Source: an uncultured Actinomycetota bacterium
GTDB taxonomy: Bacteria; Actinomycetota; Actinomycetes; JACCUZ01
NCBI GenBank assembly: GCA_963829565.1
Contig: CAWHJC010000003.1
Span: forward strand, 72,615-136,614
Direction: 5' to 3'
DNA: 64,000 bases
The notes under the pieces were generated by a model, which ran no database searches, was not told the origin of the DNA, and was given only the letters and a program-made list of their open reading frames with translations. A program made the position numbers and the translations under genes. This document shows positions 36,843 through 46,363 of the stretch, piece after piece. Numbering within the stretch: the first letter of the stretch is position 1; each line of letters opens with the position of its first letter.

Positions 36843-38541
36843 TCACCCGCAGACGGCACCCTGCGCGGCCGAGCCCACCAGCCGGACGTACTTCCCGAGG
36901 ACCCCACCGCGGGCCGGCTGGTCGAGCGGCTTCCAGCCTGCTCGGCGCGAGGCCAGCTCGCCGTCGGCGACCAGCAGGTCGAGCCGCTTGGCGGCGACGT
37001 CGAGCCGGACCCGGTCCCCGTCCTGGACGAGCGCGATCGGGCCGGCGTCGACGGCCTCCGGCGCGACGTGCCCGACGCAGAGACCGGTGGTGCCGCCGGA
37101 GAACCGGCCGTCGGTGAGCAGGAGGACGTCCTTGCCGAGCCCGGCGCCCTTGATGGCGCCGGTGATGGCCAGCATCTCGCGCATCCCGGGACCGCCCTTG
37201 GGGCCCTCGTAGCGGATGACCACCACGTCGCCCGCGACGATCGTGCCGTCCTCCAGGGCGTCCATCGCCGCGCGCTCGCCGTCGAAGACCCGCGCGGTGC
37301 CCTCGAACACGTCGGCGTCGAAGCCGGCGGACTTCACGACCGCCCCGTCCGGTGCCAACGAGCCGCGCAGGATGGTGATGCCGCCGCTGCGGTGGATCGG
37401 CTCGGCCATCGCGCGCACGACCTTGCCGTCGACGTCCGGCGGGTCGATGTCGGCGAGGTTCTCGGCCATCGTCCGGCCGGTGACGGTGAGGACGTCGCCG
37501 TGCAGCAGACCGGCGTCGAGCAGGGCCCGCATCACGACCGGCACGCCGCCCACCCGGTCGACGTCGGTCATGACGAACTGGCCGAAGGGCTTGACGTCGG
37601 CGAGGTGCGGGACCCGGGAGCCGATCCGGTCGAAGTCGTCGATGCTCAGCGGGACCTCGGCCTCGTGGGCGATGGCCAGCAGGTGCAGGACCGCGTTGGT
37701 GGAGCCGCCGAACGCCATGACCACCGCGATCGCGTTCTCGAACGCCTCGAGGGTCATCACGTCACGCGCGGTGATGCCGCGGCGGAGCATCTCGACGACC
37801 GCCTCGCCGGACCGTCGCGCGAAGCCGTCGCGGCGCCGGTCGGTCGCCGGCGGGGCGGCCGAGCCCGGCAGCGACATGCCGAGAGCCTCGGCGGCCGACG
37901 CCATCGTGTTCGCGGTGTACATGCCGCCGCAGGCGCCCTCCCCAGGGCAGATCGCCCGCTCGATGGCGTCCACGTCCTCGCGGCTCATCAGCCCGCGGGC
38001 GCAGGCGCCGACCGCCTCGAAGGCGTCGATGATCGTGACCTGCTTCTCGGTGCCGTCCGACATCCTCGCGATGCCGGGCAGGATCGACCCGGCGTAGAGG
38101 AACACCGAAGCCAGGTCGAGCCGGGCGGCGGCCATCAGCATGCCCGGGCAGGGACTTGTCGCAGCCGGCGAGCAGGACCGAGCCGTCGAGGCGCTCGGCC
38201 TGCATCACCACCTCGACCGAGTCGGCGATCACCTCGCGGGACACCAGGGAGAAGTGCATGCCCTCGTGCCCCATCGCGATGCCGTCGGAGACCGAGATGG
38301 TGCCGAACTCGAGCGGGTAGCCGCCGGCGGCGTGCACGCCGTCCTTGGCGGACTGCGCAAGCCGCTGCAGCGACAGGTTGCAGGGGGTGATCTCGTTCCA
38401 GCTCGACGCGACCCCGATCTGCGGCTTGGCGAAGTCGTCGTCGCCCATGCCGACCGCCCGCAGCATGCCCCGGGCCGCCGTCTTCTCCAGCCCGTCGGTG
38501 ACGTCGCGGCTGCGTGGCTTGATGTCCGGTGCGTCGCTCAC
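36843..38541 (-). CDS. ilvD: dihydroxy-acid dehydratase, with a frameshift near 38140
   Basis: GTG start ([15 protein letters not shown]). N-terminal frame runs to CDKSLPG. The C-terminal frame from MLMAAARLD carries the Fe-S cysteines and ends at 36843. Confidence 0.9.
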
Positions 38542-38678
38542 GATCACGACCCTATGGCTCAAGTGGGTGGCAGGTTCCTCGCAAGCGGCCCGTGGCCCAC
38601 TCGTGGGTGGGGCTGGCACCACTCGGCACTGCGGCCAGCGCCCTCGATCCACCGACTGCCGGGAAGGAACCTTGCGCC

Positions 38679-39530
38679 ATGGCACTGCACGAGCTCGCCG
38701 CCCGGAGGGCGGGACCCGCCCCCGCCGGGCCGCGTTCCCCTGCGGCCTGGCGCGAGCTGCTGCTGCTCGTCCTGCTGTACGTCGGGTACAGCGCCGCCCG
38801 GATGATCGGCGACGCCGACCTGGGCACGGCGACGGCGCACGCCGAGGCGCTCCTGGACGTCGAGCGCTTCCTGCACATCGACGTCGAGAGGTGGGCGAAC
38901 CGGACACTTCACGACGTACCTCTCCTGGCCGTCCTCGCGAGCTACTGGTACGCCGCCCTCCACTACCTCGTCACCCCGGCCGTGCTGTTCTACGCCTACC
39001 GCTCGGCGCCGCACGTCTACCGGCGGGCGCGCAACACCCTGGTGGCCGGCAGCGCCCTCGGGCTGGTCGGCTTCACGCTGCTCCCGATGGCGCCGCCCCG
39101 GATGCTCCCCGGCTACATCGACACGCTCTCCGCCACGTCCGGCAGCGGATGGTGGGGATCGGACGCGAGCGCCCCGAAGGGCCTCGGCGCGATGACGAAC
39201 GAGCTCGCGGCCATGCCCTCCCTGCACGTCGGCTGGGCCCTGTGGTCCACCTGGGTCGTCCTGATGCTGACCCGGAGCCCCCGGGTGCGCCGGCTGGCCG
39301 TCACCTACTCCGTGGTCACCACGGTGGTCGTCGTCGCGACCGCCAACCACTACCTGCTCGACGCGGTCGCTGGACTCGCCGTGATGGCCGTGGGGCACCG
39401 GGTCGCCACGCGCTGGGCCGACCGGGGCGAGCGCCGCGCCGCCCTGAGTCCACGGCCAGCAGGTCGTCGCGACCCGGCTGCGGACGAGTCCTACCCAGGA
39501 GCACTGACCCCTCTGGGTCGAGCAGCGTGA
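38679..39530 (+). CDS. PAP2-superfamily membrane protein (phosphatidic acid phosphatase / IPC synthase-like)
   Basis: Multi-pass membrane protein with a PAP2 motif ([10 protein letters not shown]) and a conserved HYLLD. The ATG at 38679 is divergent from ilvD. Confidence 0.7.
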   Translation: MALHELAARRAGPAPAGPRSPAAWRELLLLVLLYVGYSAARMIGDADLGTATAHAEALLDVERFLHIDVERWANRTLHDVPLLAVLASYWYAALHYLVTPAVLFYAYRSAPHVYRRARNTLVAGSALGLVGFTLLPMAPPRMLPGYIDTLSATSGSGWWGSDASAPKGLGAMTNELAAMPSLHVGWALWSTWVVLMLTRSPRVRRLAVTYSVVTTVVVVATANHYLLDAVAGLAVMAVGHRVATRWADRGERRAALSPRPAGRRDPAADESYPGALTPLGRAA

Positions 39531-39548
39531 CCTCTGCGCCGCGGCAGG

Positions 39549-40458
39549 TCAGTAGTCGGCGGTGATGACGTTGGTCAGCGGCTCCCCGGCGACGTACCGG
39601 ACGATCTGATCCTGGACCAGCTGCATCGCGCGTGGGATGAACGCCGTGGTGTTGCCTCCGACGTGCGGGCTCACCAGGACGCCCGGGCAGGACCAGAGCG
39701 GGTGGTCCTTGGGCAGCGGCTCCGGGTCGGTGACGTCGAGGGCGGCCCGCAGCCGTCCCGAGGTGACCTCGGCCATCAGGTCGTCGGTACGCACGACAGG
39801 TCCGCGCGACACGTTCACCAGCAGGGCACCGTCCCGCATCCGGGCCAGGAAGCCGGCATCGACCATCCCACGCGTCTCGTCGGTCATCGGCACGGTCAGC
39901 ACCACGACGTCGGCCTGCGGCAGCAGCGCCCGGGAGCGCCTCGAACGGCTCGACCCCGTCGCGTGCCCTGCGGGCCACGCGGCGGACGTCGCACTCGAAG
40001 CCGGCCAGCCGGCGCTCGACGGCTGCCCCCACCGAGCCGTAGCCGACGATGAGCACCGTGCGGTCGGCGAGGGCGTCGCGCCGGCCTCCGCCCCACCAGC
40101 CGCTCAGCCCGTCGCGCACGAAGTCGGGGATCCCGCGCAGGCTGGCCAGTGTCAGTGTCACCGCCAGCTCCGCGGTCGACGCGTCGTGCACGCCCCGGGC
40201 GTTGCACAGCGTGACGCCGTCGGGCATCAGGGGCCGCACGTCGTCGACGCCTGCGGTCAGCGTCTGGACCACCCGCAGGGTCGGCATCCGCGACGACAAC
40301 CGGGCCGGAGCGGAGCCGAACATGTACGGCAGGACGTAGAGCTCGACCTCACCGATGGTCGCAGGCGGGTCGCCCTCGCCGGTGTAGACGTCGACGTCCA
40401 CGCCTCCCGGCAGGTCCAGGGCAGCCGGCCAGTCCGCGTACGGCAGCCAGACCCTCAT
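39549..40458 (-). CDS. D-isomer-specific 2-hydroxyacid dehydrogenase, with a frameshift near 39900
   Basis: NAD-binding GYGSVG in the N-terminal frame. The catalytic C-terminus (LLVNVSRG...D..AL) is in the 39549..39905 frame. Its start overlaps the patatin stop (ATGA). Confidence 0.75.
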
Positions 40459-41480
40459 CCCTCGGACGCCTCGATCGCGCGGCACCGGGTGAGGTACCGC
40501 CCCCAGTCCCAGTCGCGCAGGAACGCGCCGGCCGCCTCGTGCCCGGCGAGGAGGAGCTGCTCCTGCTGCTCGTCGCTGATCCCGAAGTCGACCGGGGAGA
40601 CGCCGGAGGTGTCGACGAACACGCTGCGGGCCTGGACGCACGGGTCGTGGATGTGCTGGGCGTCGCAGGCCTCGAGCATCGTCTCCACAAGCGACAGCGC
40701 CAGCGACACGGTGCCGCGTACCTCGGTCGTCTGGACCCTGCCGTCCGGGCGCATCGACAGCCGGACACCGAACGTCGGCCACCGGGGCGGGCGCCCGTCC
40801 GTCCGGTCGAAGACGGCGACCGGGAAGTTCGACAGCACGCCCCCGTCGACGAGGGTGGACACCGAGCCGGGACCACCCGCGACCCCCGGAGAGCGCAAGG
40901 TGACCGGCTCGAAGAAGAACGGGATCGAGGCGGAGGCACGGACCGCGTCGGCGACCTCCTGCTCGTCCGGGTCGAGCCCGTAGAGCGCGTAGTCCCATGG
41001 CAGCCGGACGAACCGGTGCCGCGAGACGTCGCTGGCGGTGACCAGCAGGGAGTAGCGCTGGTCGGCGGGCAGCGAGCTGTCGTCGTCCTCAGCCCGGAGG
41101 TCGCCGAACGTCCGGACGCCGAGGTCGGCCAGGGCACCGCGGATCCACGACCGGAGGTAGTCCCCCTCGAAGACGCCACCGTCGAACGCCAGCGACAACC
41201 CGTCGACGACCCGCGCGAGCGGCCCGGCCACCCGCCCGACAGGGCCCCGGTCGCGCAACCGCGGGTAGTGCAGGGTGCGTGCGACGTCCTCGAGCCGCTC
41301 CAGCGGCTCGCCCGCCTTCTGCAGTGCCACGAGGAACGCCGCCACGACCGCGCCGGCCGACGTGCCCGCGACGCGGGGGAAGGAGTAGCCAGCCCGGGCC
41401 ATCGTCGCGACCGCACCCGCCAGCCCGATGCCCTTGACGCCGCCTCCCTCGAGGACGAGGTCGGCACGACGCGACTCCAT
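40455..41480 (-). CDS. patatin-like phospholipase
   Basis: GGGVKG oxyanion motif, GTSAG serine motif and DGG aspartate motif. Confidence 0.85.
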   Translation of the reverse strand: MESRRADLVLEGGGVKGIGLAGAVATMARAGYSFPRVAGTSAGAVVAAFLVALQKAGEPLERLEDVARTLHYPRLRDRGPVGRVAGPLARVVDGLSLAFDGGVFEGDYLRSWIRGALADLGVRTFGDLRAEDDDSSLPADQRYSLLVTASDVSRHRFVRLPWDYALYGLDPDEQEVADAVRASASIPFFFEPVTLRSPGVAGGPGSVSTLVDGGVLSNFPVAVFDRTDGRPPRWPTFGVRLSMRPDGRVQTTEVRGTVSLALSLVETMLEACDAQHIHDPCVQARSVFVDTSGVSPVDFGISDEQQEQLLLAGHEAAGAFLRDWDWGRYLTRCRAIEASEG

Positions 41481-41556
41481 GGCCCGACCCTAACGATCTC
41501 GTCACCGTCGACGCCGCGGGTGGCGTCCGGTGTCCCGGCACGGGAGGCTCGGCGGA

Positions 41557-42705
41557 ATGTCACCCGTGTCCCGCGCCGCCACCGTGCTCGCCCTGCTGCT
41601 GGCCCTGGCCGCCTGCAGCGGGGACGACCCGGGCGACGGCGGCGCCCGCGGCACACCGTCCGACCGGCCGAGCTCGTCCTCGCCCGACAGCGACACGACG
41701 GCGGCGGCACCCGCCACCCCGGTGGCCCGGGCCAGGGTCGATGCGGTCGTCGCCGGTGACCTCGAGGTGCCGTGGGGGTTGGCCTTCCTGCCCGACGGGT
41801 CGGCACTGGTCAGCGAGCGGGACACGGAGATCGTGCGGCTGGTGACACCGAGCCGCGAGGTCCGCGGCGTCGGACGGGTCGAGGGCGTGGACGGCGTGGG
41901 CGAGGGCGGCCTCCTCGGGCTCGCGGTCTCTCCGGAGTACGCCGAGGACAGCACCGTCTTCGCGTACTTCACGTCGGGCTCGGAGAACGTCGTGGCCCGG
42001 ATGACCTACGACGGGCAGGGCCTCTCCGGGCAGCGGACGATCCTCGACGGCATCCCGGCCGGGCCGATCCACAACGGCGGCCGGATCGCGTTCGGGCCGG
42101 ACGGCTACCTGTACGTCGGCACCGGCGAGTCCGGCAACACCGGGCTCTCCCAGGACCGCGGCTCACTCGGGGGGAAGATCCTTCGGATCACACCCGACGG
42201 CGACCCCGCACCCGGCAACCCGTTCGACGGGTCACCCGTCTACAGCCTGGGCCACCGCAACGTGCAGGGCCTGGCCTGGGACGCGCGCGGGCAGCTGTGG
42301 GCCGCGGAGTTCGGCCAGAACACCTGGGACGAGCTGAACCGGATCGAGCCGGGCGGCAACTACGGATGGCCACAGGTCGAGGGACGGTCGGGTGACGACC
42401 GGTTCATCAACCCGGTGCGCCAGTGGTCGACCGATGTGGCGTCGCCCAGCGGCATCGCGGTCGCGGCGGACTCGGTGTTCATGGCCGGGCTCCGCGGCGA
42501 GCGGTTGTGGCAGATCCCGATCCCGGACGGCAAGGCCGGCCGGCCACGGGCGATGCTGCGCGACGACTACGGCCGGCTGCGCACGGTCGCAGTCGCCCCC
42601 GACGGCTCGCTGTGGCTGAGCACGAGCAACCGCGACGGGCGGGGGAACCCGCGGGGGAACGACGACCGGATCCTCCGGCTCACCGTCGAGCCAGCGGGGT
42701 CGTGA
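41557..42705 (+). CDS. PQQ-dependent sugar dehydrogenase lipoprotein (soluble glucose/sorbosone dehydrogenase family; LppZ-like)
   Basis: Signal peptide with an LAACSG lipobox. Has a six-bladed beta-propeller SGDH signature (GLLGLA, HNGGRIAFGPDG, HRNVQGLAWD, GGNYGWP). Confidence 0.85.
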   Translation: MSPVSRAATVLALLLALAACSGDDPGDGGARGTPSDRPSSSSPDSDTTAAAPATPVARARVDAVVAGDLEVPWGLAFLPDGSALVSERDTEIVRLVTPSREVRGVGRVEGVDGVGEGGLLGLAVSPEYAEDSTVFAYFTSGSENVVARMTYDGQGLSGQRTILDGIPAGPIHNGGRIAFGPDGYLYVGTGESGNTGLSQDRGSLGGKILRITPDGDPAPGNPFDGSPVYSLGHRNVQGLAWDARGQLWAAEFGQNTWDELNRIEPGGNYGWPQVEGRSGDDRFINPVRQWSTDVASPSGIAVAADSVFMAGLRGERLWQIPIPDGKAGRPRAMLRDDYGRLRTVAVAPDGSLWLSTSNRDGRGNPRGNDDRILRLTVEPAGS

Positions 42706-43112
42706 TGGCCGCACTGGACTTCTGGGTCGGTGACTGGGACGCGAGGTGGGCGGGTGGCAGCGGGCGCAACCGGGTCACCCGGGACCTCGGTGGCCGGGTG
42801 ATCGTCGAGCGGTTCGAGGTGGCCGGTGACGAGCCCTTCGCGGGGATGAGCCTGAGCGTGCACGACCCGACATCCGGGCAGTGGCGGCAGACCTGGGCCG
42901 ACTCCAGCGGCGGCTACTGGGCCTTCGTCGGCGGCCCGCAACCCGACGGCACCTTCGTCTTCGCGACCCCGGGACCGGTTGACGCGGAGCAGGTGCTCAA
43001 GCGCATGGTCTTCTCCGACATCCGGGACGACTCCTTCGCCTGGCGCTGGGAGTTCTCCCCGGACGGCGCGGCATGGGAGCTGCGCTGGGCGATCAGCTAC
43101 ACCCGCCGTTGA
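42705..43112 (+). CDS. DUF1579-like small protein
   Basis: 135-aa ORF starting MAALDFWVGDWDARW. Its ATG overlaps the PQQ-dehydrogenase TGA. Confidence 0.45.
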   Translation: MAALDFWVGDWDARWAGGSGRNRVTRDLGGRVIVERFEVAGDEPFAGMSLSVHDPTSGQWRQTWADSSGGYWAFVGGPQPDGTFVFATPGPVDAEQVLKRMVFSDIRDDSFAWRWEFSPDGAAWELRWAISYTRR

Positions 43113-44533
43113 GGCCTCGTGGCACCAGGTCCCCTGAGATACGTCACGTGACGCGATAGGTCACCCAGCGGAGCAGGAGGTCGCCAGCTGGGCTCGTACC
43201 GGACGACCGTGACCTTCGCGTACTCGTGGTCCGCGAGGTGCACCGCCAGGACAGCTCCCGGCGGCAGGTCCGCGGGCGACAGCGGAGGGTTGGCGTCGCC
43301 CTGCGGTAGGACGCCGCGGCGAGCTGCGCCGGGGTCACGTCGGCGAACCGCGCGTCGGCGAGCACGACCGCCCCGAGCGTCGTCTCGTCGAAGATGAACA
43401 GCAGCTGAGCCGAACCGTTCCAGGCCAGCTGGCTCGACGAAGCAGGCCCACGACCCGACCCGACTGGAGATCGAGACCAGTCGTCGGGTCCGCCAACCGC
43501 GTCTCGCCTTGGGAGAGGACGCCGTCTGAGAGGGCAGGGCCGGTCGACACCGAGGCCGTCGGCGGGCTCGGCGATCCGCCGGTCGAGACACCGACCGGCT
43601 GTGGTGCTGGGATCCGTGTCGGTGGCCCAGGGGCGGCTCAGCAGGACGGCGACGAGCACGACGAGCAGGCCGAGCACCGAGGCGCCCGCGGCGGCCAGCG
43701 CGGTCCGGCCGCGAAGTCGGCGCCCATGGCGTGCTCCGGCCCGGCGAGGGTGCCGGATCACTGCGCGACGCCGGCAGGTCCGGCCCGGTGCGCGGGCTCT
43801 TCGCGATGTACAGCTCCCCCTGGAGGTTCCCGATCATGCTCGGTGTCTGATCGGGCGTCGCCTCGCGCACGATGCGGAAGACGTAGTCGTACAGCTCGTC
43901 GACCGAGACCCGACCGTCACCGTCGAGGTCCGCGTCACCGGTCCGGAGCCCGTCGAGGACTGCCCTGGTGAACAAGGACGGTGTGCCGCTGCCGGAGACC
44001 GATCCGCTGTCCGTCTCGAAGGCGTACTCCATCGCGGTCGACGCGGTGACGACGGCACGACCGCGGCCCTCGAAACGCTCCTGGATGTCGACCGTCTCGC
44101 TGGCCCGGGGCACCATCCCCCGCGCGAACGCGCCGCTGTAGCAGCAGTCGAGCAGCAGGACGATCTTCCGGGACCTGCTCTGGTCCATCCGCTCGTTGAC
44201 GAACACGGACGAGATCCCCGTGGCCGCCAGGCGGTTGAGCTTGGTGCTCGTGCTCGCGAAGTAGAGCCGGCCGCTGTCGTCCTTGATGCCGTGACACGAG
44301 AGGTAGAGCAGCAGGAGGTCGTCGCGGAGCCGGTCGTCGAAGAACGCCTCGATCTCCTCGGTGACGAGATGTGCGGCCTGGTTGACGAGGGTCCGCACCT
44401 GGAAACCGCCGATCGCCGGGTCGGCCAGCGTCGTCGCGAGCGCCTCGGCCTCCTTGGCCGGCCCCCGGAGCTGCCGCAGCGCGGGATCGTCGTAGCGGTC
44501 GCTCGCGACGATCAGCGCGAAGGACCCCGACAT
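43097..44533 (-). CDS. caspase-like (peptidase C14) protein with an EF-hand Ca2+-binding motif, a transmembrane segment and a C-terminal extracytoplasmic domain (C-terminal third has about four frameshifts)
   Basis: Catalytic His in LYLSCHGIKDD and Cys in LLLDCCYSGAF. A canonical EF-hand loop (DLDGDGRVSVDE) follows. Downstream, a transmembrane helix (LGLLVVLVAVLL) and protein-like sequence (FIFDETTLGAVVLADARF...) appear in alternating frames through 43761-43097. Confidence 0.75.
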   Translation of the reverse strand: MSGSFALIVASDRYDDPALRQLRGPAKEAEALATTLADPAIGGFQVRTLVNQAAHLVTEEIEAFFDDRLRDDLLLLYLSCHGIKDDSGRLYFASTSTKLNRLAATGISSVFVNERMDQSRSRKIVLLLDCCYSGAFARGMVPRASETVDIQERFEGRGRAVVTASTAMEYAFETDSGSVSGSGTPSLFTRAVLDGLRTGDADLDGDGRVSVDELYDYVFRIVREATPDQTPSMIGNLQGELYIAKSPRTGPDLPASRSDPAPSPGRSTPWAPTSRPDRAGRRGRLGARPARRARRRPAEPPLGHRHGSQHHSRSVSRPADRRARRRPRCRPALPSQTASSPKARRGWRTRRLVSISSRVGSWACFVEPAGLERFGSAAVHLRRDDARGGRARRRAVRRRDPGAARRGVLPQGDANPPLSPADLPPGAVLAVHLADHEYAKVTVVRYEPSWRPPAPLGDLSRHVTYLRGPGATRPQRRV

Positions 44534-44554
44534 CAGGGAAGCACCGGATCGGTC

Positions 44555-44950
44555 TCAGCCGGCATCGACCGGCGCCGCATGGCGGGCGAGCCAGGCATCG
44601 ACGAGGCGGCGCTGCTCCTCGTCCGTGGCGCCGGTGAGCTTCAGCGTGTCGCCGCCCATCTGGATCTCGACCTGCCGTCGGCTGTCCCGGCTCAGCCAGC
44701 TCTGGACGGCAGCGACCACGTGCCCCAGCGCGGAGGACTTCGCGAGGGTGAGGATCAGTCCCCCGATGGCAAGGACGTCGACCGCCTTGGTCCCGTCCGG
44801 CGCGGGGCCGGACCGGGCGAGGTCGACAGCGTCGACATCCAGCTCGAGCAGCTCCTGCCGCAGCTGCGCCGTCAGCTCGGCAACCTCCTCGACGTCCGCG
44901 TCCGAGCCGGCGCCGACCTGAACACGCACCCGTTCTGCTGCATCTCCCAT
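44555..44950 (-). CDS. EACC1/trypco1-like small protein (effector-associated constant component), co-encoded with the caspase-like gene
   Basis: 131 aa from the ATG at 44950. ELLELDVDAVDLARSGPAPDGTKAVDVLAIGGLILTLA...VQSWLSR...VEIQMGGDTLKLTGATDEEQRRLVDAWL matches the recalled consensus of effector-associated constant-component proteins found next to trypsin- and caspase-like effectors. Confidence 0.55.
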   Translation of the reverse strand: MGDAAERVRVQVGAGSDADVEEVAELTAQLRQELLELDVDAVDLARSGPAPDGTKAVDVLAIGGLILTLAKSSALGHVVAAVQSWLSRDSRRQVEIQMGGDTLKLTGATDEEQRRLVDAWLARHAAPVDAG

Positions 44951-45038
44951 CCCGACATCGTGCTCCGCGACGGGGCGGAGGGCCACTCCCCGCGCCGGGA
45001 CGCGAGGACGCGCCGGCAGCCGTCCGTAGAGTGCCGGT

Positions 45039-45780
45039 GTGGTGAGCCCGGGGCCGGTCGCGCTGGTCGGCAGCGGCGAGTACCTCCCGGTCATGGAGCC
45101 GCTGGAGCGTCGGCTGCTGGACGGCCGCCCGCCACGCTTCGTCCAGCTCGCCACCGCCGCGGCGCCGGAAGGCGTCACGTCCCTCGCCCGGTGGCACGAG
45201 CTGGGCCGAGCGTCGGCCGAGCGGCTCGGCGTCCAGCAGGTCGTGGTGCCTGTCGTCGACCGGATCAGCGCCGATGACGCGGAGCTCGCCGCACTCATCG
45301 ACGGTGCGGGCCTGGTTTACCTCTCCGGCGGCAACCCGCCGTTCCTCGCCCGGACCCTGCGCGGCACCCGGGTCTGGAACGCGATCGAGGCCGCCTGGCT
45401 GGGCGGAGCCGCGCTGGCCGGCTGCAGCGCCGGCGCGATGGCCCTCACCGGCCAGGTGCCCGACCTGCGGCACCCGCTGCGCGACGCGGAGCCGGGGCTG
45501 GGCGCGGTGCCGCGGCTGAGCGTGCTGCCCCACTTCGACCGGTTCGCGGGGCGGCTGCCCGACCTCGTCCTGACCCGGCTGTCCAACCCCCCGGACGGCG
45601 TCACCGCGGTCGGGATCGACGAGGACACCGCGCTGGTCGGGGGGCCTGACGACTGGGAGGTCGTGGGGCGCCAGTCCGTCTGGCTGCTCGGCGCGGACGG
45701 CCGGCACGAGCACCCGGCGGGCAGCGTGCTGCAGCTCCCGACCGGCGCGCTCGCACGCCTGAGCGGCCATCCGTGCGACG
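45039..45780 (+). CDS. peptidase E-like (S51 family) protein (3' end uncertain)
   Basis: VALVGSGEYLPVMEPLERRLL...LVYLSGGNPPFLARTL...AGCSAGAMAL has the S51 layout (Ser in GCSAG). The ORF runs on without a stop into the GlcG-like gene region, so a frameshift or unknown true stop is likely. Confidence 0.55.
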
Positions 45781-45909
45781 AGCCGCCGACACATGTGCGA
45801 CGGCTGAGGCGCAGGGGGCGCCGGAGCTGCCACCCCCGTCACCGCTGCATCAGTCGTGTCGGGGGGTCAGAGACCGGACAGTGTTCAGCTAAGGCGGTCC
45901 AGCATCTGC

Positions 45910-46326
45910 TCAGCCGGTCGGCGAGAAGCCTGACTTCTCGACCGCGGCGGCGCAGACGGCCTCGTCCTGCGCCCCCGTGCCGCCGCTGGCGCCGACCGCC
46001 CCGAGCAGGGTGCCGTCGCGGTAGACCGGGACAGCACCGGTCTGCGGCGTGTAGCGACCGTGCGTCATGGCCGTCAGCGCGGTCGAGAAGTTCGGCAGGC
46101 CCTCCGCCTTCTGCTTCTGCGCGTCGCTGGGCTGCCCGTAGGCCGCCGCGGTCCAGGCCTTGCCCTGTGCCACGTCGGCGCTGATCCACGGCGCGCCGTC
46201 CATGCGGGCGAACGCGACCAGGTGGCCGCCCGGGTCCATGACGGCGAAGGACATCGGGACACCGAGGTCCTCGGCGCCGGCCCGGGCGTTGGCCAGGATG
46301 CCGTTGGATTCGTCAAGAGTGAGCAT
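45910..46326 (-). CDS. GlcG/HbpS-like heme-binding protein (DUF336)
   Basis: 138-aa ORF with the typical ...[10 protein letters not shown]...A..KA.TAA......GG.P motifs. Confidence 0.7.
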   Translation of the reverse strand: MLTLDESNGILANARAGAEDLGVPMSFAVMDPGGHLVAFARMDGAPWISADVAQGKAWTAAAYGQPSDAQKQKAEGLPNFSTALTAMTHGRYTPQTGAVPVYRDGTLLGAVGASGGTGAQDEAVCAAAVEKSGFSPTG

Positions 46327-46363
46327 GTCCGGGTCCTGCCCCGCGACACGGGGGACGGAAACG

